From Penicillus capitatus (Eukaryota; Plantae; Chlorophyta), in contig OZ287699.1 in assembly GCA_965649825.1 (NCBI GenBank), positions 1-64,000 of the forward strand: a stretch of DNA of 64,000 nucleotides. Reading direction: 5' to 3'. The position numbers were made by a program, and so were the translations under genes. Shown here in pieces: positions 11,801-25,078 of this stretch. How positions within the stretch are numbered: the stretch's first letter is position 1; every line of letters begins with the position of its first letter. Below the pieces are notes generated by a model. The model saw only the letters and a list, made by a program, of their open reading frames with translations. It was not told where the DNA came from and ran no database searches.

Positions 11801-14006
11801 AGCTGTCTTTATCTATGTCTGAATCGACAGACAATTCCTTCCTTGTGTTTATTCTTGCTGACGTGTGTTGTAGCTTTGAGACAACAGTACTTGATCGAAT
11901 CGTCTTGGATCAATCGGCTGAGTGTCCATGGCTGTCCCTCCGCATACTGCTCTTAGTTTCTTAGTTCCGATCTTATTTCTTTGGTGAAAAACGATCCGTC
12001 GAACAGGAGAGAACTCTGAAGTGTCCAGTAGGTGAATTGCTGCTGGAATCGATAAACACCATTTCATCATCGATGCACGTTCAATCTCGTGTGTCGAATG
12101 GTGGATACATCTTCATATTTCTCGCCGTTGACGCGGTCAGGAGGACAGCAACCAATAACTGTTATATCCTATCGCGAAGGACTCTTGTCGTGCTTCGATA
12201 GAAGACGGACAACAGTCGTTGCAACGTTCGCTTCAAAACAACAGAGCAAAGATTTTTGTGTAGAGATGTCTTGACCGTCCTCTCGCGACAATTCAGTGCA
12301 CCTAGGATCTCACAGTGTCGAACAGTAGCGGAAGAACTCTGTCCCCATAAACAAATACTCTACTGATTTTTCATTGTGTGAGTAAACGAAGAGGATGTCT
12401 GCGCTTTGATTCATCTTCTTGCGCGCCAGTGTCGTTGAGACGCGGATTCGTTGACAGCGACATTGAACATGGATGGCATGATCGACGGCATTCATGAGGC
12501 AGCCCATCGACAGTCCTGTACTGCTCGTCGGCCGAGGATTTGTGTCTACTCCAAGAATAGCAAAGGCAGCCAGGAGAACACCTATGAGTTTATGTCAAGA
12601 ACTTTGTACATAATAACAAAAGAGGAGGGAGTACCAAGGTAAGCAGCCTAAATATGTTGATCAGGGAACGTCTCGGCTTTTTGCCACGCAAGCTTCTATC
12701 TTCAAACAGCAACGATATTCCAGCAGTCGCATGCTCATAATTCTTGTAGAGTCCTCCGCAGCCTGTTGTTAAATGCAGGAGAGGCAATCAACTAAAAACC
12801 TCGGTGAAAAATAGAGAGAAGCTATTCTTCTATTTGTCACCTCTGCTGACTTTCACCCACTTGTGCTCCAACATCGTCCTTATACTACTTACTCCCTCTT
12901 TCACCAAACCCTCTTCTCTGGATCACTCAAGACTCGGAAGCCATACAGCATTTCGCCAGCTCCAATCTCTCCGACATCCTCACGTCTCCACCGCGAAATA
13001 GAGAAGTCGACACTCCGAGTTCTAGTGGACTACGTATCTTCGACGACGCGGCTACTCGCACGTTCAAATCGATCAGGATACGTTTCTAAAGGAAGTCGAT
13101 GGAGTGACCAAATGCACACCCTGAGACCTGCTCTTTGTCTCCGTATAGAACCCGACGCGTTTTTCCTAGCACAGGCAAGATCATCCTCTCTGTCTCTTCA
13201 CGTGGCGATACGGACAGGTGAGTGATCTTTTTTTCGTTTTTGGTGTACTGAGTGATTAGTCCAATACGTTGCGCTTCAAGCAATCAGGCATTCCGCTACC
13301 GTGGTTCCTGTCCCTTCAACAGATTCTCACTCTTTGGTGTTCAATGACAAGAAGATGACCAACCGACTAGGATGTTTTAATGTGATCTCTCTTTTTGTTT
13401 GTGTCGTGGTGAACTTATCTGGACTACGAGGAATGGCTAGCCGAATACTGTCGAAAGCATGTCAGCACAACAATTTCTTACAAACACGCAGCCCGTTTCT
13501 GGTCAGGGAAAAGAGTATCAGTCTTTTTCACAATCAGTAAACATTGCCACGTACCGAAATCATTGTGCTCGTTCCCATCCATCTAACCGTTCTTTAATCA
13601 AGCTCTTAAAGAAATCAAAGCTGCCACACATTCCATGCTTAAGAATCCTTTTCCACCACCATCTTCATTTCGAAGCGCTGGATGTTCAGGAAACGATTCT
13701 ACAGGTTAGATAGATGGTTGTCATTTGCAAAAAATCACTCCTTCTACTTCTTGCTCAAATCCACCAACGCTCTTTTTGAAATTGCACTTGAAACAAGAAT
13801 AGCATACTAGAAAAAATGGATAACAGATCTATTGAACCTCAGAAAGGCAGACAACAGATCAGAGCTGAAAACACACCACAGTATGATATCATCAAGGCAA
13901 TGGCTCAACATTAGAGCCATCACAACTGAAACAGTTCAGAGTTCACTATACAGATCAGGAAAGACGTTGCCCAAAAAGAAAGCGCAAGTGAAGCATCTTA
14001 TCTCGG

Positions 14007-15215
14007 CTAGAGATCTGAGAATGGACGAGCGAGTTCTTTGTTAATTGATTCTCTCATCTCTGCATAGTTCTTGAAACCGAGTTCTTTCTCAATTGTCTCT
14101 TTCCATCTTTTGTCTATCAACTCGATCGCCGACTTCCCGAGAGATCGCTTTCCTTGACCGGAGACACCATTTCTCACTTTAGCATTGCCAGCTCCGGCCT
14201 GTTTATCGAGGCCCATTGCCAAATTGTACGCTCCTTTGATGTGATGACTATCAAACTTCGTCTTGTGTTCTTTCATGAAGGTAATGTCAGCCTGTCCACC
14301 ACAAAAGGGTTTGTGTAACAACAATGCGACGGATCAGCACCTGCCGCACAGCCAGATCGATCAGAGCCTCATCCTGTGGATCGATTCCCATGAAACTTGC
14401 AACAAGTTTCACACATTCACGCAGATCTGTTTTCAAGTCTTCAAAGTGAAGCCACAATACGTTTGGACTTTGACGAAAAGAATACCAATCCACTAAGAAA
14501 CACGCAAACATTTCGTTCTATATATCGCGCAGAGGGAAATCGGGAATTCACTCACGTGTGTATTGCATCTGACAAGGGATATGTGTTTCACCTTCCTGAC
14601 CCAGCCAGAAGTACTTTACGAAGTCATCCAGGTCCAGTTCGCTTGGGTCGAACATCCAGTTCTCCCAATAGTGATACAAGGACACAGCTGCATCGTATGG
14701 ATCTCTGGTCGCAATGCGCACACATTAAATACAGACATTGCACCAGATGAGGCCTTGCCTGATGATAACAATGTACTTTCCGCCTTTCGGGACCTCGTGG
14801 CATGTTAGATGTGTGTTGTACATCTGAGGTTGATAGTTCTGCCGTTTTGCGATATCTCCATATTTGCAGTCTGCTGCAAATTCGAGGTTTGGTATCACCA
14901 TGAATATTTCTTCGAAATCCATGTCCCCATGGGAACGCAGTCCATGCGCAATCTGTAAAAATCGCCTTTGGCATATGGCTGGTTTGCATCGAATGGATTG
15001 ACCTGTTTCATCCACGTGGTGCCATTTTTACGCGGCGCTGCAATAACGATATCTGTTGGGTGGAGCTGTAAGGACTCTCCTTTTTTCTTCGCATCTGAAG
15101 TTCCCTTATTGCGGAATGTAGCCTTCAAACGCCGAACAGCATCGGGCATCTCCTCTTGAATCACTTGACCGCATTTGTCGTCTCCTGCACTGAACCCCTT
15201 GCGTTCACTGTCCAT
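14007..15215 (-). CDS. Sulfotransferase (Sulfotransfer_1/SULT family); start at 15215 or 15149
   Basis: 5'-PSB motif DIVIAAPRKNGTTW; YIVIIR|DPYDAAVSLYHY (3'-PB); NVLWLHFEDLKTDLRECVKLVASFMG; C-terminal KVRNGVSGQGK. Confidence 0.9.
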
Positions 15216-15658
15216 TTTCCGAACGTGCGATCCTTTGTCAGCGAAAGAGACAATGCTTGGCCGTCGGATGCGCGTTGTATTGCTAGCCGCGGCTGTTTGG
15301 ATTGTGACCGTTGCATTGACGCGACGTTTCTATTTGACCTTGACCACATGTTCAGCGATGACGATACCTCGACATCGTCTTTGACTGGAAAAGAGTGTGA
15401 TATCACTCTTCGGGAAAGGACGCTTCTGTCTTAAGATACCTTGTGGTGTGGAATACGTCTTCTTTGTCATTGCGCGGATGGGGCTTCCCAAAAATCTCAG
15501 CACAACTTCGGGATGCACAAATCAGTTAATGACTAGCGTCCTTAGAACGACATTCGCTCTCAGGGATCATCATTATGTTGAGTGCACGTTTTCGGACAAA
15601 CCCACTCTTGGATGTCGAACAGACGATCACCGCATACACCGCACCAGTTCATCAGATA

Positions 15659-17438
15659 TCACAGCTTTTCTTCAATCTGTCCGACGACTCCATACGACCT
15701 CTGCCATAACCACGGACATAATGTTATCATGAAATAACTTTCAGACGTACTTTATCCTTCCAGTTGTCTTTCTTCAGAGCCGTCATCCATTCGGAAACAA
15801 CGCCTCCTGCATCCTTGATGATGTTGGCGATGGGTCGGACGTAACCTTTGTCACTGTCTGCGAAGAACGTATAGCTCACACCTAGATTCGAGAAACGGGT
15901 GGCCCAAAGAGGTCATTGACGAGGACGAACTAAACCAGAATTCCCAGCTCGACCAGTTCTGCCAATTCTGTGAATGTAGTCTGTCGTCGACTTTGGAAAA
16001 TCATAGTTGATGACCATGCGCACTCCCATAAAGTCGATTCCTCTTGAAACCAGATCCGTCGCAATCAGAATCCAAACATCGCCATCCCGAAACCGCCGCA
16101 GAATCCGATTTCTCTGACGGATCTCAATCTCTGAATGGATGCTTTCTGCACTGATTTCGTGTATTCTGAGTTCGGACAGTAGAGCATTTGCACGACTCTT
16201 AGTGTCAACGAAGATGAGAACAGGCGGCGAGATGCCTTCTGCAAAGATCTGCCGAATGGCAAAAACTTTCCCCCGTTCGCAGCCAGTATACACCAAATGC
16301 TGCCTCACAGTTGACACAGCGACGTTTTTCTTGCCGACTGTGATATGAACTGGATGGACCAGAATATTGTTCGCAAGGTCAGACACGTTGGGTGGAAAGG
16401 TGGCTGAGAACATGGCTTTCACCAACTCCTTGCTTTGACAAGCATCCACGATCAAATCCAACTGGGCCACATAGTGCTTCATATTTGCCATATCTTCTCC
16501 AGATCTGGTCTCTTTTGAAAACAGACGATCTGCTTCATCCAAAATGAGAAAACGCACATGCGACAGCTCCACGTTTTCTCTCTTGATCTGTTTAACCATA
16601 CTGAATGGAGTGCAGAACAACACATCTGGTCGTCTGTCTCTGAGCTTCTTCCTCGACGCCTTGTCCAGCAGAAATGCAGATAGCTGTTCCTTGTGATTGA
16701 GAGCAGTTAGCAGATGGAGGAAAGTCTGGTATGATTGGTTAGCAAGTTCGCACGTTGGACTGATCAGGAGGACTTGAATACAGGACACGGGTTTCTTCGT
16801 GATCTGTGCCAAGATTGGAAGTAAAAACGCCAATGTCTTGCCGGAGCCTGTAGGTGCAATACTGATGACGTCTCTCTCTTGGCACAATACCGGAATGGCT
16901 TGCATCTGAATAGGAGTCAACGTCTGGAAACCGTTTTTTGTGGCATAAGATACTAGTCCATTCAATGCCGATATTTGTTCTTCGATCTCTTCGAATGATC
17001 GAAAGGGGCAGGGGACTGTGCTCGATGGTGTTACTTTAATGCCGTGAGCCTTGCGAATCGCCGCCGTCCTTTGGAGTTCTTCAGTTCGGGTTCTCTGAGA
17101 TGACCTTCCAGTATCAACGCTACTTTTCGTCTCGACGCTATGGCCACCACGAAACAGATGAACCCCTAATAAGAACATGAGACATGAGTGTTATGCTGGA
17201 CGCATGAATTGCCTCAAGAAATGCCTTCTTTTGAGTCAGAGTCTTCCCGCTTGTCGAGCTTTGTCTTCTTCGGGTTTGATGCAATCGACGTGGGGGGCTC
17301 CTGTGTCCACGTCGCGCGTTTGGTCGTCGGTTTCCATTTCGTCAAAGCGATCCCCGTTGACAGCTGAGCGAATATCTCTCGTTGACGATCGTTCATTTCA
17401 TTCGACTGTCTTTTCGCGTGTTCGGCAACATCTCCCAT
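15659..17438 (-). CDS. DDX52: DEAD-box RNA helicase, DDX52/ROK1 type; start at 17438 or 17396
   Basis: TPIQMQAIP, APTGSGKT, DEAD, SAT, LIATDLVSRGIDF, HRIGRTGRAG, plus ROK1-like EIFAQLSTGI, PPVLIFV and RPIANII..GGVVSEWM. Confidence 0.92.
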
Positions 17439-18398
17439 GGCAGCGAACAAACGATGGTTACCTCTAGAGGCAAATCCAGATGTCATGAACACCTTCAGCG
17501 AAGCATTGGGACTGCAAACGGATCAAGTCTCGTTCCACGAAGTTTACGGCACAGACCCAGTCATCCCGCCGTTTTCCTTTACCTATCTTACTGGAGAAGT
17601 GTAGGATATGTTGGCTTTTGTTCCGAGACCTGTTTATGCTATCCTCTTGCTCTTCCCTATCGATGAACACTCCGAGACTGCCAAACGAGAAGGCAACGAT
17701 CTGCAGTTCTCAGTTCAGGCTTGTAGAGATGCTGTTTACAGAGGAAGAGAGAATTGAGAGGGAAGGACAGACGGTATCTCCTGATGTTTACTATATGAAA
17801 CAGACCGTCGGCAACGCCTGTGGCACCGTTGCGCTGTTGCATGCAATTCTCAACAACATGAGCAGATTGCCCATTCGCCCAGAATCTTTCCTTTCTCAGT
17901 TTTACAGCAGAACGATAGAAATGACACCTATGGAACGCGCCAAGTTCTTGGAGAATCCCAAAGAGGGTGATCCAGACATAGAAACAGCGCATCAGGTAGA
18001 AGCTTCTCTCAATGGAGGCACGTCCACACTGAGACTGACTGTATTTACTGCTCTCCAGCAAGCAGCAGTATCGGGAGAGACACATCCGCCAGGAATTGAT
18101 GACAAAGTGAACCTGCATTTCGCCTGTCTCGTTCAAAAAGAGGGTATGCCCTATTCAGCTATGCGTACGATTTCAGCCTCCTGGTTCTGACAGGTGGACT
18201 CTATGAGTTGGATGGCCGAAAGAAGTTTCCTATTCATCATGGACCTTCGACAGAGGTCACTCTACTGGAAGATTCTGTGAGGATCGCCGAAGAATTTATG
18301 ACCAGGTTTACTTCTGTTCTCGTTTCTTTGATTGCTCAATGCGTTGGGTATGCAGAACACAGAGCATTCAGTTCAACATTATGGCACTGGCTGGGTAG
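17437..18398 (+). CDS. UCHL3: Ubiquitin C-terminal hydrolase (peptidase C12, UCHL3-like), 6 exons
   Basis: RWLPLEANPDVMN, MKQTVGNACGTVALLHA (catalytic Cys), VNLHFACLV (His), LYELDGRK (Asp), QFNIMALAG*. Confidence 0.93.
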
Positions 18399-18617
18399 GT
18401 TCTCTTCAGAAGCATGACAGTTGTCGACAGGAAAACCTGCACCTCAGTGTAAGCAACTCTCGGTATGACGGCCCATCGAACGATACGTTATTTAGTCCTG
18501 TGTAAACAGTAGTTGGTGTCCTTTCGTCGACATGTCAACGATCTTTTTCGCGACACGACCGATTTCGCAGGATCTTCCCATTCCGCCGAACTTCGCTTCG
18601 TCGAAAGATGCGATTCA

Positions 18618-19069
18618 ATGTTGGCCGCAGATCATTCTCCAGAGGTATGGTTCCCTCATAGTTTATTTTGTGACACGTGTGTTTTCCAATGCAGGACGAG
18701 CAAACAGAAAAGCTGCATACATCCAACCTGCTAAGCAGAAATTACACGAGCATTGGGATTTCTTCAACAATCCATGCCCACACGAACCTCATCTATGATC
18801 TCCAGGCTCAAAGAAATGAGACAGATGGTTAATGATTGATACGTGTTCTTCTCTTGCATCGCCATTCGATTGGGTGAACTCAATAGCTTCACTTTGTCGC
18901 TGAGTGAAGCCTGTTATCGGCAGTCGATCATAGATCATCACGCCTACGCGGAAACCGTCCACAGACAGCTATTTGTGTTTCTGATGAGACCGACGTGGTT
19001 GTTCTTCAGAAGAGTCTCGTAGCAGAGATCACAACTTTGGAGAGACTTCATGGGATACTTTCGCGTTAA
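18618..19069 (+). CDS. Small hypothetical protein, 3 exons (tentative)
   Basis: Two GT-AG introns join open frames into MLAADHSPE|DEQTEKLH..NETD|VDHRSSRLRG..EITTLERLHGILSR*. No recognisable domain. Confidence 0.3.
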
Positions 19070-19334
19070 TCAATCGCCAATGCCGCTGACTCGCAGTGAC
19101 TGAAGCGTTTAATGAACGCTATTCGCTAGTCCGCCATACCGCCTTTCACGCATGATGACACAGTGTCATAGATCTGAATAAATGGGGAGAGCGTGCGTTT
19201 GTTTTTGGCAGGATAACAGAAAGAAATACCCAAACGACGATGATGACGCTTCGGGTTTGATGGCGACGATTCGATTAGATGACGATTCGCAGAAATCGAT
19301 GAAATGCGTTGCAAATGCTTCAACAGCAGACGGC

Positions 19335-22300
19335 ATGGGCATTGCAAGGGTCTCCTCTCTCATCTGTTTTTGTTTAACAGCGACGGCGGTCTTTGCCAAC
19401 GCGTCGCTCATCGACCAACGGTCTGTCTTCTCACTCTGACCCTGACGCTTCGCGCGACGGGGAGGGACACTCGATTCATTGTGGCTCCCATAGGTCTTTG
19501 ATTACACCAGTGGTTTCGACGTCTTCTCGTGGACGCACTTCGTCGATTGGCAGAAAAGGGCAAGCACTTCATACAAAGCAAGCTCTATTTTCCAATGACT
19601 CGCCTTTTGTGTCTCATTGTGTGTGACTGAAGTGCCGAAGAACCTGCGAAATCCCCCTCGCAGTCAGAGTGCAATGTGACTCTCGTTGGGGAAAAAGAAA
19701 AGGAAGAAGTGTCCGTGTCTGTAATATGCGACCACGGAGAACCTCAGAATAAGACCTTCAACTACAAGACACATCCCGAATCTGCACCAGCCACTGAGGA
19801 TTTTGGATTTCGTCTGTTCTCTGAAGTCCGTGGAGTCCTTTATGCAATCGTTGTGAATGCCGATGCCGAAGTTGTCATCGGCAGCCTCGAAGTTCGAGAA
19901 CTGCGTGGCCTTGGATCCATTTTCCTGGTTTCCTCCATGGTTCTCCTGCTCCGTATCCTCGAATGCGGTTTGTGGCGAATAGGTGAACAATGCTCAGCTC
20001 TCTATCAAAGATGGAACCGTTAGCAAAGTGAAAGACAGCGAAGTGGCTGGTCTTTTCGATGTCCACAAGTCCACCGTCCAAATCGAGCGTATGAACTGCA
20101 CAGAAATCAGTGGAAAGCTTGCAGGAGTGTTGGTGGCTGAGAAGTCAAACATATCTATCACGAAGTCCGTTTTCAAAGGTCTAATCAACATTGCATTTCT
20201 TCGCAATCGCATTCTAAGTTGTTTTGCAGATATCGAGGGTACAGAACGATCCCTTGCTTTTCACATTTACAGCCAAAGCACGTTATCCCTCGTTGACACA
20301 CACGTGAGAGGTCCACTATCATCATCTGGAATAGAAACGCAATTCAGACGATTGCGTGCATCATCGTTATTGTCATCGTTGCAGATCAACTTCGACACGA
20401 TCAGTGCGGAATCTGGAGTCGCTTTCGTTAATGGAAAATCCATCCTGAACATCACAAAGACACTGATTGAAAGATTTCCTTCGACAAAGGGAACGATCTA
20501 CTTAACCCGTGGCTCGAAGCTCATAGGCAGAACATCCGAGATTACGAACAATCTTGCACTGTATGGAGGTGCTGTTCATTGTGAAGACGCCGTGGTCGAG
20601 CTCCAGGACGTGCAGTTTCGAAAGAACTTTGCATCTCGGGGCGGCGGCCTTCTGTTGCACGGATCCAGTTCCTGCAGTTTAACAGATGTCTTCTTCGATA
20701 ATAACTTTGCCATCGAAGGTGGCGGAATATTCGTCGAAGTCGATGACTGCCAAGGAGACAAGTTCAGGTGAGTGTACATTGTATGGATCCTATGCTAAGA
20801 TACACCAACGGGCTGTACGACAGTGAACGGATTTCATTACAGAGGTGCAAATTTGAACGAAATCATGCCCATGGTAGTGGAGGAGGGATTTTCAGCAGTT
20901 GCATATCACTGGATATGCAGCAGTGTGCCTTTGACAGTAACAAAGCCGACAAAGAAGGTCCCTTCTGCATTGTTTTGGCCGATAGCCCATTGCACTGTGT
21001 GTGTATAGGTGGAGGACTCTTTGTTAATGCATCTTCATCGTTGACGCTTTTTGAATCGACGTTCAAAAAGAACAGTGCAGTTCTTGGAGGTGCTCTGGCC
21101 GTCTATGCTGAAGCAACACGAGGCAACGTCTCAATTAACAGTTCATCTTTCTCACAGAACGAGGCTTCTGATGGAGACGGTGGGGGCCTTTACTTTTGCG
21201 GCTCCGGGTCGACAGTCAATATTTCTGGATCGAATTTCAGTGCAAACGTCGCTTTAAACAACGGAGGCGCAGTGTATGGCATGCAGACAGAGGCAGTAGG
21301 TATTCACAACTCCGTATTCAAAAGAAACACAGCAGCAACCGGCTCCGGGGCAGCACTCTGTGTGATAGACAATCGCGAGTTTCGTTTGCAAGAAACAGAG
21401 TTTAGTTCCGGCAAAGCTGGGAGTCATGGTGGCGAGATTTACGTCGTCGGATCTGAATCCGTCATCATCGATTCCTTCAACGGGTCGAAAAGTACTGCTG
21501 GGATAGATGGTGGATTCATAGCGCTGAAGAGGGTTGGTATGTTATCTCTTGCAAACTCCACGGTAACGAGTATCATCATCAACGAATGGGTAACCTGTTT
21601 TTGCTTCTGTAGATTGAAGGTTGCAAAGCCGAACAAGCTGGAGGCGGTATCAGCTTCAAACATCCACTGTCCCTCCAAAATGCGACTGCAGAAACACCGC
21701 GAGTCCAGCTGAAAAATTCGGCGCTGGAGGCAAACGAGGCCCGAACCGGCGGAGCTCTCTTTGTGACAGCAGTTGAAGGAGTGACCATTGAAGATTCCAT
21801 AATAAAGAACAACGATGCTGTCTATGGAGGAGGTCCGCTCAAAACTCTTCAGCCCATGACAACTTCTCTATTCCTAGGTGTGTATGCAACGAACTTAACA
21901 GAACTGCGGTTGAATGGAACAGACGCGGTGGGCAACAAAGCCAGTGTGAAGGGCGGGATGCTTTACGCATCTAAGACGGGATCCTTCCACATTCTTTTTT
22001 CCCTTGTCAAGAGCAACAGTGCAAAGCATGACGGTGGTGCTATCTATCTGAAAGAGCTTCCACTGTTGAGAATAGACAATGCGACGCTGGAGAGTAACGA
22101 AGTTGCGAATGGTTCTGGAGGAGCGTTCAGCATTTCTGGAGCGAAAGAATTGCGAATAACAAATGTAACCTTTGAGAAGAACCGTGCACATGGATCTGGT
22201 GGAGCCATCACAATGAACGAACCCGACAAAACAACTGTGACGAAGACCAAGTTCTTATCGAACAAGGCTCTTGAAGGCAGCGGCGGCGCCCTACATTTTT

Positions 22301-24602
22301 GCCCTCCGCCAAGACATTCGAACAAACATTCAATTTCCAAGAAAACCACCCATGACTCTTCCGACAAAGAAGAGGACAAGCAGCCAGCTGTTGTTGTTGG
22401 AGATAGGGTCCGCTTCACCGATGTGGTCTTCAATGGAAATGAGGCCACAGAGAATGGTGGTTCCGTATATCTGCAAGACATGGTTGGAAATGTGGTGATA
22501 GAAGAGTCGAGTTTCGCAGGATGCAGAACTCAAGATGGGTGTGGCGGGTGTCTCTATCTCGATAGTGTGTAGCAGAGATGTCCATTGGTGCTGTTCTCAC
22601 ATGCATCGTCTAGATGTGACGTTTCTGAGAGTCAAGCATGGAGACTTCGAAAAGAGCAATGCAGGAGAGCACGGTGGTTGCCTATTTCTGCGCAGCATTA
22701 CGGGGATTAATCTGGACGATTCCAAGTTCGATGCCTGTGTGTCATCCAATGGAAGAGGTAAACAGACAACACTTGTCGAATTGACTAAAATGAAAAGTCA
22801 ATAGGTGGAGCTCTATACGTCTATGGAAAAGACGGTTATCTCACGACAGTCAGTGTTCGAGATGCAGTGATGACTGCCAACAAAGCCAGTGCAGGCGGTG
22901 CCTTTCACATTGAAAAAGTCCTTTCCTCATTGCCAAAGCTCACGAAGACATCTTCTTTATGACAGGTTCTTGAGGCCGACTTTGGAGAATCCAAGTTCTA
23001 TGAGAATGTGGCACGGAATGGATCAGGTGGAGCATTGAACATCACGGATTCTGGAACTGTGCATTTGACGGACGTGAGAGTGGACAAGAATGAAGCTCAC
23101 CGATTCTGTGGAGGCATTTGTGTGACCCGTGTTGAGATTATTAACATGACGGGCAGCTTCACTTCTAACAAAGCAGCAAAACAGAGCGGAGGGGCAGCTA
23201 TGTTCCAGAAGGTCAGCAATGTATCCATCAAGGGCACATTCTCAGAGAATGAAGCATCCAAATTCGGGGGTGCGTTACATGCCTTAAGGTCTGTCTGGAA
23301 ACTCTCGTTCAATCTGACACGGCCGTGTGCCCAGTTGCAAGAGGTTCATTATTAGAGACTCGGCATTCTTTTCCAACAAAGCTTCCCGACTGGGTGGAGG
23401 TGCCATGCAGGCGCAGTCGATCAGATCTCTGTCAATTGTCCATTCAAACATTACAGGAAACAAGGCAGCCACAGGCGGAGGAATCTCCCTGATGTCCGAA
23501 ACTGGATCCGTAAGAATCCGTCAAGCAATAAGAGTGATGTATCCATGGCGCGTAGAAATTTGTGGCAAATCTGACGAACAATACAATCATCGGAAACGAA
23601 GCAAAAGATGATGGAGGCGGACTCATTGTGAAAGAGATCGGCCTTGATAATTCAAAATCCCTTGACACAAATGGCGCTTCGATGAGAGTGGGCATCAATT
23701 CAACATCGTTTGCCCACAACAAAGCAGAGAATGGAGGTCAGAAACGAGACCAAGATGTTCTGGTCTGAACAGGGAACTCCCTCTGGATTATGTCTAGGTG
23801 GTGTGGCTGTGTTGGCAGGGAAAGTTCAGTTTGAAGGAAACAATTTTACCAGCAATGATGCGGACAACAGAGGAGGTGGCCTCTTTTTTGACAATGCCAA
23901 TTTTCTTGTAGTGATAAACGATTCACTCATCACCCGCAACACGGCAAAGAAAGGAGGAGCAATGGCCGTCTCCTGTCACACAAGCGTCGTCTTCTTTGGC
24001 TTTCTGCTTCCTGCAATCATTCTGTTCTGTACATAGGTCAACTTTACATACGCCTTTGTGAAGCGCAATGCAGCCGATCGACGTGATGATGGAGGCCTTT
24101 ATACGTGTGATGAGAACTATGTGTATGTGGCAAACGTCACATTTTTGCATAATTTCCGAGATCAGAAGTGGTATGATTATATCATCTTCATAGTAGGTGG
24201 CTATGCCGTGTTGTTCTTTTTCCTTGGAACTTCTTATGCTGCACTCCGTCACTGGAAGAGATTTAGCAAAATAACAAGCATCACTGTCACTGCTTACTCA
24301 GACATTGGCGAAAAGGATCCGTTGGCCACTGACCTTGATTATCTGTTTGCCGATCCACCAGCTGCGTCGCTCTCCGATGATGAGGTTTGTCTGGCACACA
24401 TTGTCACCATAGAATTCTGTTCCTGTCTTTGCTGTAGCCGATCATTCCTCCCAAGTCGATACCAGACGTGAGAACGCCAGAGCCAGATGATGACCGTGTG
24501 CACAGGCCACCCTCTGCAGCGGGATCAGGTGGGAGTGAGATCAAAGAAGGATCGCTGGAGGATTTCCCTATCAAACAAAGCCGATTCCCAGATTATGTGT
24601 AA
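19335..24602 (+). CDS. Large type-I membrane protein with polymorphic-membrane-protein (Pmp)-like right-handed beta-helix repeats
   Basis: Signal peptide MGIARVSSLICFCLTATAVFANA; roughly 30 or more FxxN-x-A..GG(A/G)(I/L/V) repeats (e.g. FKKNSAVLGGALAV, FEKNRAHGSGGAITM, FSENEASKFGGALHA); single TM YIIFIVGGYAVLFFFLGTSYAAL followed by RHWKR and an acidic Pro-rich tail. Confidence 0.85.
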
Positions 24603-24648
24603 CAGACTCAAGACAACCAGACATGATTTTGTTCTAACCGGAACCTTT

Positions 24649-24949
24649 TCATTCATCCGTTAAAGCAAACCGTTCAATGGTGTCGGATGCCAAAGATGCT
24701 AGCGATAGAAATGTGCCAACAGCTGATTTCAAGAGGCGTGCCTCTGTTGCGCGAAAACTGACCTAGATGACTGAATCAACATAGATACGCTTTGTAGTCA
24801 AGAAGTGCCTTGAGCGTTTCCTCATCGACAGTGATCTCGCGGGAAACGTGTTCTGGTCGAAGTTCGGCATCGGCAGCGAGTGCCTCCGCTACTGCTTTCG
24901 CGTCTCTTGCACTGGAGAAAGGCAGAGAGGCTTCAAAGGAGAAATCCAT
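24649..24949 (-). CDS. PCC1: KEOPS/EKC complex subunit Pcc1/LAGE3, 2 exons
   Basis: MDFSFEASLPFSSARDAKAVAEALAADAELRPEHVSREITVDEETLK|VSFRATEARLLKSAVGTFLSLASLASDTIERF; the 46-nt GC-AG intron is 24808-24763. Confidence 0.88.
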
Positions 24950-25078
24950 TTGGCCGTCAGTGAGATGTTTGATGATGCACTCATCTGACATATTTCGTCA
25001 AACCAGTCGTCGCGGTCGATAGACCATACCGTGCTTTCGACTGGATCTACCCACTGAATTCAATAACAGACAGACAGC

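Noticed and set aside
12900-12990. Minus-strand RVLSDPEKR resembling a DnaJ helix
   Set aside because: There is no HPD motif or contiguous J-domain; probably chance.
15913-17178. Non-standard genetic code (TAA/TAG = Gln, as in some ulvophytes)
   Set aside because: Long conserved exons have no in-frame TAA/TAG, and several genes end at TAG/TAA at the expected positions.
19560-19632. Possible GC-AG intron in the Pmp-like gene
   Set aside because: An alternative GT-AG solution also fits, so it was not counted.
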